Virus record (IMG/VR): IMGVR_UViG_3300016744_000005
Coordinates: 32,001 to 96,000 of that record
Source: a virus
Lineage: Duplodnaviria > Caudoviricetes
Direction: 5' to 3' (one strand)
DNA length: 64,000 bases
The notes under the pieces were generated by a model. That model saw only the letters and a program-made list of their open reading frames with translations. It was not told the DNA's origin and did not search any database. The translations under genes were made by a program, and so were the position numbers. Below, piece after piece: positions 56,920 through 64,000 of the stretch (positions are counted from its first letter, which is position 1; each line of letters begins with the position of its first letter).

Positions 56920-57837
56920 TTACAGGCTGTTTAATGGCTGGTCTGAGTCGTTAGCTGCCTCAGTGTCATTTAAATTAGCTAAAGCTACGGCTTCCCAAGC
57001 CATTGGATTGATCTTACGCACATAATCTAGAATCAACTCTAACCGTAGTACGTCGTCCTCAGTACGTGACAATGCAGTGATGCAGGCTTGCAGCGGAGAC
57101 TCATGGAAATTCTCCAGTGCGGTTAATTGTCGTGCTCGCCACGTACCAGCATGATTACCAGTAACTACTGCATATTGCATTGCTAGCGCATTACGTAAGG
57201 TATGTCCAGCAGCTTGTAATGTCAATTGTTCTTTTAATAGCGCCAGAATATGACGCGGTTGTACTACAACATCTAAATCCGTAGCGATACAAAACTCCAC
57301 TATACGTGTGAGTTCCTTTAAAGTCACTTCCAGCGGATAATCCAACAACCAGGTTTTTAACTGACTATACATACGAGTGTAGTCAGGTATTAACACCTGT
57401 GTATTCCACGACAACTCCGCCCAGTAATGTGGATACGGCTCAGTTTGAGTCATACCTACGATGGTTGGTTTAGATGGCCGTGCACTGACCCATCTGCGCG
57501 GTAGACCTGTGATGGGATTACGTTCTACGATTTCAGCGAGGAAATCCAAACCCCGACGCAGGGCGACGTCACCGCCTGCATCGTAGGACCGCCAGAATAC
57601 TGCCCGTGTCAGACCTGTAGTAGGGTCCAGTGTCACGAGGTTAGCTAACTCTAGCAGCGTCGCTTTACAGTGACGACATTCCATTACCTGTCGATCGGTC
57701 TCCGACAACAACGACTGAATATCCCACAAACCAGTATCACCACTGGTTTGCCACAGTAATTGTTGATGTCCAATGGCTGTCAGCTTAGCCGCCAATGTAT
57801 CATACTGCATATCCAGTTGCGCTAATTTAAAACTCAT
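56920..57837 (-). CDS. Hypothetical protein
   Basis: 305 aa, SD AAGGAG. Confidence 0.75.
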   Translation of the reverse strand: MSFKLAQLDMQYDTLAAKLTAIGHQQLLWQTSGDTGLWDIQSLLSETDRQVMECRHCKATLLELANLVTLDPTTGLTRAVFWRSYDAGGDVALRRGLDFLAEIVERNPITGLPRRWVSARPSKPTIVGMTQTEPYPHYWAELSWNTQVLIPDYTRMYSQLKTWLLDYPLEVTLKELTRIVEFCIATDLDVVVQPRHILALLKEQLTLQAAGHTLRNALAMQYAVVTGNHAGTWRARQLTALENFHESPLQACITALSRTEDDVLRLELILDYVRKINPMAWEAVALANLNDTEAANDSDQPLNSL

Positions 57838-57909
57838 CGATTCACTCCTTATTGTTACTTACCTAGAGATTGCGCTGCGGCACGTCTCACTATAATACTA
57901 GCAACAGTA

Positions 57910-58404
57910 TTATTTAACCGGTCGCACTGGTTTGATATCACTGTAGAACCAAGTGACATTATCATCGAATAACCAATCCGGTGCTTCTGGGTCAAACGCG
58001 TACCCAGGTTCGAAAGGTAAACATCCGTTCTTTTCGGACTGTAAAAAGACCTGTACAAATTCTGGATTTGGACACACGTCGCGATTAAATGCAAAATGCT
58101 GTGATGGCTCAGGCGTTTGAATTTTACGTACAGAGAAATAAAATGTGTGCCAATCATCGTCCTCAGGTAATTCATGGACACCTAACTTAGGATCTACACG
58201 CCACGCATCTAAAATGCGGTTCAATGTATACCCTGGCACACGTCCATCGAATAGGATACAAATATCTGCCAAGCCTAATTCACGAAAACCGATAGAATAG
58301 GCACCTTTACCAGGTACTTGTATCCAATACGGTTGCCCACGCGCTATACTATCCTGCATCTTGGTTATTAACGCATTAATACGTTCTTGATATTCAGGTT
58401 TCAT
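57910..58404 (-). CDS. DUF4262-like protein
   Basis: AYSIG....GL.DI, LN.I, VQV.....NG.LPFEPGY resemble the DUF4262 pattern. Confidence 0.55.
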   Translation of the reverse strand: MKPEYQERINALITKMQDSIARGQPYWIQVPGKGAYSIGFRELGLADICILFDGRVPGYTLNRILDAWRVDPKLGVHELPEDDDWHTFYFSVRKIQTPEPSQHFAFNRDVCPNPEFVQVFLQSEKNGCLPFEPGYAFDPEAPDWLFDDNVTWFYSDIKPVRPVK

Positions 58405-58425
58405 GACGAACTCCTTTGTGAGTAA

Positions 58426-58779
58426 TTACTCGCAGTGTACTAATCTACGTGGTGTTAAACCATGTAGTGCTAATGACCACCCTACCGGTGGTGTATGATG
58501 TAATAACGCATCCGCAGGTATGTCGATCGGTGTAACACGTATACGATTATTAGGCCAGTTTAACTCCATCTGATCCATAAAGGCTTTTCTGACAGCATTG
58601 ATACGCATTGTAGGGTCATAATCAACGATGTAATATAAACCAGTAACTGACCAGTGGTAGACTGCGCGCGTAGCCACCACAGTTAATTCAGGTAAACTAA
58701 AGTACCGGTGTTTACGACCAGCACCATTAGCGGGTGTCCAACCATACACGTACTGATCAGTTAGTTTAATGGCCGACAT
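58426..58779 (-). CDS. Hypothetical protein
   Basis: SD AGGAG; 117 aa. Confidence 0.72.
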   Translation of the reverse strand: MSAIKLTDQYVYGWTPANGAGRKHRYFSLPELTVVATRAVYHWSVTGLYYIVDYDPTMRINAVRKAFMDQMELNWPNNRIRVTPIDIPADALLHHTPPVGWSLALHGLTPRRLVHCE

Positions 58780-58781
58780 AA

Positions 58782-59072
58782 TTATCTCCTTTCAAAGATC
58801 CAGGCCTGTGTACTGTTACGCTCACCACCGATAAAAGTAATATAGGAGGCATTATAAAACGCCCCTATATGGCTCCCTAATACTTCGTAGATCAAACCGC
58901 GTGGCATTACCCCACAATCACCTGGTAATCGTAGAGTATCATCAGGATCTTGATTAGAGACGTCTAACGCGGAGTCTTCAGATTGACAGATTACCTGTAA
59001 TGGCTGCGATACAGCTGCTCGGACAGTAAATGACCACAGTAAAACATAAATTAATACTATAGTTTTTAACAC
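58782..59072 (-). CDS. Small protein with predicted signal peptide
   Basis: LKTIVLIYVLLWSFTVRA N-terminus; two Cys in the mature part. Confidence 0.65.
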   Translation of the reverse strand: MLKTIVLIYVLLWSFTVRAAVSQPLQVICQSEDSALDVSNQDPDDTLRLPGDCGVMPRGLIYEVLGSHIGAFYNASYITFIGGERNSTQAWIFERR

Positions 59073-59083
59073 GATAATGTCCC

Positions 59084-59641
59084 CTAGACTATATAGTTTA
59101 CGTTAGTGGGCACTAATCCAGCTATTGCTAGCAATGGCATATGCTCCAATGTTACATTTTGGATCAATTCTGCCGTGGTTTTATATTCCAGTGGCTTTAG
59201 ATCCTCATCGGTGAGTATCACCCATGCCCCAGTAATAGTTTGGATTAATGCGGTGTCACGATGTGATGCGATCACATACCCGATGATATGATAAACATCG
59301 TATCCAGCACTAACTGTATATCGCTTATTCAGCAGGGCCTTTTCGATAGTATCCCGATCTGGAATATCACAGATGGACAGATGTGTTAACAATGACTGTA
59401 TGGTTTCAAACGTACGCACATATTTATCATCCGCACCACCAAATTGTTTAATCATTAGTGTGTATGGACATGCATCACCGGCGTTATAATAAACATGTAG
59501 ATGATATCTATCGTTAAATTTACCGCTACCTGTAAACGATCCGGTGAAATCGTACAACTTTTTCATACCACTCTTTTGACATTTTAGGTCATCTAAGAAA
59601 CTATCCATCAAAATCGTAAAACTATCTTTTTCAATAGCCAT
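59084..59641 (-). CDS. Hypothetical protein; start revised to MAIEKD
   Basis: SD AAGGAG upstream of ATG 59641. Confidence 0.75.
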   Translation of the reverse strand: MAIEKDSFTILMDSFLDDLKCQKSGMKKLYDFTGSFTGSGKFNDRYHLHVYYNAGDACPYTLMIKQFGGADDKYVRTFETIQSLLTHLSICDIPDRDTIEKALLNKRYTVSAGYDVYHIIGYVIASHRDTALIQTITGAWVILTDEDLKPLEYKTTAELIQNVTLEHMPLLAIAGLVPTNVNYIV

Positions 59642-59660
59642 GTTAAAATGCTCCTTAGTG

Positions 59661-59690
59661 GTAGTACAGTGGCACATGCCACTGTACTAC
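59661..59690. repeat. 14-bp-arm hairpin between co-directional genes
   Basis: gtagtacagtggca-ca-tgccactgtactac directly upstream of the next RBS. Confidence 0.8.
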
Positions 59691-59696
59691 TGGTGA

Positions 59697-60281
59697 TTAT
59701 AAATAGTCGTTTACAGATACTGCTTCTAACTCGCCTTGTAATCCAAAACGATTGTACAGTAATTCTTGAATTACATAACGATCATCATCGGCCAGACTGT
59801 ATTTCAATTGCTGGTAGTTTGCCGCGACGAGTGGGAATGCATGCTCGTTTTTGTACAATAATGCACCATTGTACGCCTGATATAACGCTACGGTACGATT
59901 ACCGCAGAGATGTACCAGTTTATCGGTAAATCGATAGTCCTGAATTATCACATGTCGATCAATAGGGAAATAGTTTTGCATAAAAGTAACACAACCATCT
60001 AAGAGCTCTTTAGGCTGAGTTAATCCAGCGATCGTCACTGCCACACCATCCAGAGTCAACTCCATATACTGAGTTACATCAATAACTTGTGTCTCAGGAT
60101 TCCAATGACCTACCCAGAGATCATACTGCAGGTTTTCCCGCAATGCGAGCCACAGCTGATCGTAATCTTCTGGATTTTCAATAGTACCACATTGAATCCA
60201 GTTATTGATACAAGTAATCGCATCGGCATGGTATTCATTACACAACCATTCCGTCATTTCAGAGTAGAATTTAAAAGCCAT
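59697..60281 (-). CDS. Hypothetical protein
   Basis: SD AAGGAG; preceded by promoter motif. Confidence 0.75.
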   Translation of the reverse strand: MAFKFYSEMTEWLCNEYHADAITCINNWIQCGTIENPEDYDQLWLALRENLQYDLWVGHWNPETQVIDVTQYMELTLDGVAVTIAGLTQPKELLDGCVTFMQNYFPIDRHVIIQDYRFTDKLVHLCGNRTVALYQAYNGALLYKNEHAFPLVAANYQQLKYSLADDDRYVIQELLYNRFGLQGELEAVSVNDYL

Positions 60282-60296
60282 GGTATTACTCCTTCA

Positions 60297-60307
60297 GTAA
60301 TATATAT
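60297..60307 (-). promoter_or_regulatory. Early-promoter-like motif ATATATATTAC
   Basis: Intergenic; matches the phiKZ early consensus TATATTAC. Confidence 0.6.
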
Positions 60308-60329
60308 TTTCAGATTGATCGACTAAAGC

Positions 60330-60974
60330 CTAAGACAGTGGTAACAGCGTGTTTTGTACTCGTAAATGTTCGAGTAGTACCGCTACTGCTTCGTTTAAAG
60401 TGGGCTGCTCTATAGTAGTACCGTCGTGGTATCGCACGTGTGTAGTCACACCGTCATATTCAATAATGGGTATCTGGACACCATTCCAGGTACGAATATG
60501 CCAACCTGTCCAACCATGGAGAACTTTCGTCAGTTCTAAACCTAGATTAGGAATAGAATCTAATAGCGTTAAATGTGGAATAAATAATTCCGACGCGGTA
60601 ACCAATGTCAATTCTGGTAACGTTGCACGAAAACGTTTAAATGCTACCAGTAATCCTTCCGTAACTGCACGGTGATCTGTACCATTAACCAGATCTAATA
60701 ATGTTTTAGTAGCTGACTGTTCAGTAGTAATACTACGTTTGCGTACATTTACTGCCTGTTTACAAGCTATTTTAAACCAACCTCGCCAGTAGCTATAATT
60801 CATTTTAATATCAATGGTATCTACTAGATATTCGTATTCCTGACGATGTATATGTTCATCCACACCCCACGTCAAACTATCACGTACAGGTAATATAGCT
60901 TTGAGATCACGTAGTGGCTGGAGAGTCCGTGCCAATACCGTAATCTGTGCCAGATCATTAGCGATGTTTTCCAT
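60330..60974 (-). CDS. Hypothetical protein
   Basis: 214 aa, SD AAGGAG. Confidence 0.75.
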   Translation of the reverse strand: MENIANDLAQITVLARTLQPLRDLKAILPVRDSLTWGVDEHIHRQEYEYLVDTIDIKMNYSYWRGWFKIACKQAVNVRKRSITTEQSATKTLLDLVNGTDHRAVTEGLLVAFKRFRATLPELTLVTASELFIPHLTLLDSIPNLGLELTKVLHGWTGWHIRTWNGVQIPIIEYDGVTTHVRYHDGTTIEQPTLNEAVAVLLEHLRVQNTLLPLS

Positions 60975-61069
60975 TAACTTACTCCTTATAGTGTCACATC
61001 GTGTATTTTTACTGTACTACACCGACGTCATCTACGATCGCTGGTTGTGCACGCATTATAAACATCATG

Positions 61070-61402
61070 TCACCACAATTGATGACTACTGTAATAATAA
61101 CGCGGTATAGCTGCTGGGTCCATTCGGATAATACCCACTATCGTATCCAATTGATCACCCGTAAACACGCCGTGCGATAATTCACTCAAATACTGCTTAG
61201 GCATAGCTACATCAGTAGTACCTTTTACCCGCATTACTAAGGCCATATCGCGATCAGTCTCGACTTCGTGATTAATGTTGGAGATCATTATATCGAATAA
61301 CCACCCGTCTCTAGTACGAATGTGGTGTACTTGCAATTGCCCTGCGGCAGCCTGTATCACATCATTGCTTATGGCCAGTAAGAAGTCGCCAGATTTTTTC
61401 AT
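61070..61402 (-). CDS. Hypothetical protein
   Basis: 110 aa, SD AAGGA. Confidence 0.72.
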   Translation of the reverse strand: MKKSGDFLLAISNDVIQAAAGQLQVHHIRTRDGWLFDIMISNINHEVETDRDMALVMRVKGTTDVAMPKQYLSELSHGVFTGDQLDTIVGIIRMDPAAIPRYYYSSHQLW

Positions 61403-61431
61403 GGTAAAGTATCCTTATATTTTAAACGCTA

Positions 61432-61461
61432 TTATCCAGGTAGCGATCGCTACCTGGATAA
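61432..61461. repeat. Perfect 30-bp palindrome between co-directional genes
   Basis: ttatccaggtagcgatcgctacctggataa. Confidence 0.8.
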
Positions 61462-61473
61462 CCAGACCTAAAC

Positions 61474-63192
61474 TTACTCGATATCACGCAGACAGTAATG
61501 ACGGATACAATCCTCAAACTCCACCTGCACTACCCGCTGGTCTTTCAACTCAAAGCCAGTGACGATCTCACCGTTTTGCTGCACGAAGTGCTTTTCAAAC
61601 ACCAGGTCCAGCGCACGGCGCACCCCGTAGAATTTCGAGGACAACACACCTCCCATGGAATTCAGTCTGGTTTCGTTCAGATGACGATCGTTACCTTTTA
61701 CCAGTAACGCCCAGCGACCATTCGCAATTGGTAACAACGATTTACCATCAGCCAGTGTCCATGGCATGGTAGTAAACCCAACTACTTCTGCATATCCGGA
61801 AGACACATTGATGTCAAATGCATCATACGACACCCGCTCCTGTGATACTAACGTCATTTCACGACGAGGATTTTCAGGAGTATCCCATACCAGCACTGGT
61901 GGAGTATCAGCTGCCACTGGCACTGAGAACACGTAGATGTAATCACCTAAACGATTGTACGGGATTGACATCCCTACTGCTTTCGGTACGATGTCAGTGC
62001 GGAACTTCGTGATCGTGATCTCTTTGACTTCTGAGAACACCTCTTTCGTAGGGTCTACTGGTTTCGCTTTCGCAGCCAATGCCTGATCAAATGGGTTATC
62101 AGATTCTACTGGAGCAGCTGCTTTAACAGCAGGTGTCCAAATTACTGGTAGGTCGGCCAGACTGGCAAAACGATGGATAAACGACGGTAAACATTGTTCT
62201 TCATCAAACAACGCCTTAGCCAGTTTGATCTCCTGTTCAGTCGCTTTCTGCGCTTCACGGGCACGGAACTTCAGTGGATCAATCTGACGGAAGTAGTTGT
62301 TAAAAACAGTTTCCCCGTCTACATCATCCAGTAGAGATTTCAGTGTATTGCCCAACACACTTCCATTGAAATGCTCCATCTCATGCAACGCAGCGAGTTT
62401 ACCATCGCGGCAATGCGCTGCAAACGCACCGTGGATAGCGTTCACTACCACAGGGATAGTCATTTCATTTACAGGTTGTGCAGGATCGATATGCAACAGT
62501 GTCAGCTGGTCGACTAACCATTGCCACATCTGCGTGACATTCTGCAGTGTACGCAGGTGAGTTTCAGGGAAACCTTTGTCACCCTCAGCACGTAACACCA
62601 AAGACTTAGCGGCGCTGGCTACATCCAATGGTGTATTACCACGGGTATATGTAACTAAAATGGAGTTTACTACTGACCGATGTTTATTGGCCAATGACTT
62701 AGGCATCAGCTGCTTAAAATCAGCGTAGAAATGATTCCACTGTCCCGTAGTTTGTACCCCGATACGATTATCCCGGTTGTATTTACCGACTACTGACGTG
62801 TTATCAAACACACCAATAATCACGCCGGTTTCTACTTTACGAGCGATACGATTGTAGGCTTCACGTGCCTCAGTATCATCCGTGGGGTAATCACGCCAGA
62901 ACACTGACACAGGACGACCAGTAGTAGGTTCGATATATACCAGATTACCGACACGTTTAAAGAACTCGGCACAGCATCGGCAATTGAACATACGTTGTGC
63001 ATCGATATTTAGAGGCGCAATAAAATCCGCCAGTCCTACCACCACATCAGTTTCGAAAAACACATGCTGTGCGGCCAACGCAGCGATGCGATCAGCGATC
63101 ACCTGATAACGGTTATCCACCGTACTAGCGGACAGTCCACCAGTTACTACTACTTGACTTAAATCTAAAGGTTGGATATCGGATGTAGACAT
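61474..63192 (-). CDS. Conserved phage protein of unknown function with CxCC motif
   Basis: FNCRCC..F....GNLV.I....G...S.FW and W.HF motifs (possible Zn site); codon usage suggests high expression; SD AAGGAG. Confidence 0.75.
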   Translation of the reverse strand: MSTSDIQPLDLSQVVVTGGLSASTVDNRYQVIADRIAALAAQHVFFETDVVVGLADFIAPLNIDAQRMFNCRCCAEFFKRVGNLVYIEPTTGRPVSVFWRDYPTDDTEAREAYNRIARKVETGVIIGVFDNTSVVGKYNRDNRIGVQTTGQWNHFYADFKQLMPKSLANKHRSVVNSILVTYTRGNTPLDVASAAKSLVLRAEGDKGFPETHLRTLQNVTQMWQWLVDQLTLLHIDPAQPVNEMTIPVVVNAIHGAFAAHCRDGKLAALHEMEHFNGSVLGNTLKSLLDDVDGETVFNNYFRQIDPLKFRAREAQKATEQEIKLAKALFDEEQCLPSFIHRFASLADLPVIWTPAVKAAAPVESDNPFDQALAAKAKPVDPTKEVFSEVKEITITKFRTDIVPKAVGMSIPYNRLGDYIYVFSVPVAADTPPVLVWDTPENPRREMTLVSQERVSYDAFDINVSSGYAEVVGFTTMPWTLADGKSLLPIANGRWALLVKGNDRHLNETRLNSMGGVLSSKFYGVRRALDLVFEKHFVQQNGEIVTGFELKDQRVVQVEFEDCIRHYCLRDIE

Positions 63193-63208
63193 GTATTAAC
63201 TCCTTGCT

Positions 63209-63239
63209 TAAAAATAAATAGTAGGGTGCGGACCCTACT
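63209..63239 (-). terminator. Intrinsic terminator after dut
   Basis: agtagggt-gcgg-accctact with an A-rich left flank. Confidence 0.65.
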
Positions 63240-63253
63240 TTAATAAATAACGA

Positions 63254-63739
63254 TTAATGACGACCTGAACTACCAAACCCACCAGCTCCACGCTCGGACG
63301 AGTCTGAGAACTCAGTAACTTCGTTTAACGCTACACGCAGGATTGGTACGAATTCAATCTGTGCGATGCGTTCACCTACCGCGATAGTATACGGTTTATC
63401 TGAGCGGTTCCATACAGATACAAACAACTGTCCCTGATAATCAGAGTCAATTTCACCCACCAGATTACCCAGTACGATACCGTGTTTATGACCTAGGCCA
63501 GAGCGCGGCAAGATATGTGCTGCCATATACGGAGTTGGCATATTAATAGCCACGCCAGTAGGTACCAGTTTTACAGCACCTGGGGCAATCTCCTCCGGTA
63601 AGTCAATAGCAGCGCGCAGATCCATAGCGGCTGCATCAGGAGTAGCGTACGCCAGTTTCTGGAAGTCCAGGTCTGTAGGATCGTTATAACGTGGGTCCAG
63701 ATAGATTACTTCAACAGCAGGGTTTTTACAGCAAGACAT
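63254..63739 (-). CDS. dut: Trimeric dUTPase
   Basis: All five motifs: [37 protein letters not shown]. Confidence 0.97.
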   Translation of the reverse strand: MSCCKNPAVEVIYLDPRYNDPTDLDFQKLAYATPDAAAMDLRAAIDLPEEIAPGAVKLVPTGVAINMPTPYMAAHILPRSGLGHKHGIVLGNLVGEIDSDYQGQLFVSVWNRSDKPYTIAVGERIAQIEFVPILRVALNEVTEFSDSSERGAGGFGSSGRH

Positions 63740-63999
63740 TAATACACCTCGATTAATTTAGCGATAATACGAGCGAGTTTAGTTTCGCTCTCCAAATCCA
63801 GTGGAGTGGTTAAACTACACCGGGTTGATAGATAGGTAAAGTCGATCTTAGTACTATTGTACGTCAAATACCCAGGATAAACATTAAAGGTCCGACCATC
63901 GGTCGTAAACTCAAAGTTCAGCTGTAGGTTCTTATATCGTACGGTGGTATAAACATCGTTACTTTTACCCCGTGGACGTACGTCAGTTTGAATATGCAC
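63739..63999 (-). CDS. Hypothetical protein (probably 5'-partial at window edge)
   Basis: Open to the window end; TAATG overlap with dut start. Confidence 0.6.
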   Translation of the reverse strand: MHIQTDVRPRGKSNDVYTTVRYKNLQLNFEFTTDGRTFNVYPGYLTYNSTKIDFTYLSTRCSLTTPLDLESETKLARIIAKLIEVY

Positions 64000-64000
64000 G

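Noticed and set aside
57855-58181. 108-aa ORF overlapping 57910..58404
   Set aside because: Alternative frame of a gene that has a proper RBS and family motifs.
1-64000. CRISPR arrays, tRNA/rRNA genes, stop-codon reassignment
   Set aside because: No spaced direct repeats or cloverleaf candidates seen in the short intergenic gaps; long ORFs are intact under code 11 and end with TAA, TAG and TGA alike.

Overview
This 64-kb window is part of a phiKZ-related (Chimalliviridae-like) jumbo myophage genome, probably infecting a gammaproteobacterium (the dUTPase is close to the enterobacterial type). Core genes recognised by motif: the virion RNA polymerase beta' N-subunit, cut in its catalytic motif by a probable group I intron carrying an HNH homing endonuclease; a gp181-like tape-measure/lytic transglycosylase; a gp182-like tail protein; the vRNAP beta C-subunit; UvsX, RNase H, a DEDDh exonuclease and SbcC; a central-spike-like protein; four paralogous gp145/gp146-like tail proteins plus a Tfa-like chaperone; a GH108 endolysin; DUF1353; and dUTPase. 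Minus-strand accessory/early blocks, several preceded by a TATATTAY promoter-like motif, encode NADAR, DUF488-like, SLOG and DUF4262-like proteins and many orphans. Three genes have single-base frame breaks that are most likely assembly indels. Most interesting observations: (1) a hairpin that hides the homing-endonuclease RBS and carries a TATG late-promoter motif at its top; (2) hairpins followed either by a U-tract or by (T)TATG, possibly two terminator grammars; (3) a ~555-aa tandem lectin-like insertion in one tail protein; (4) an early operon with an acidic mini-protein and a paralog pair, one carrying five ~60-aa repeats; (5) a NADAR of the T4 gp30.3 type, a candidate anti-DarT factor. 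All homology calls come from motif recognition and remembered gene order, not from database searches. No tRNA, rRNA or CRISPR array was seen.
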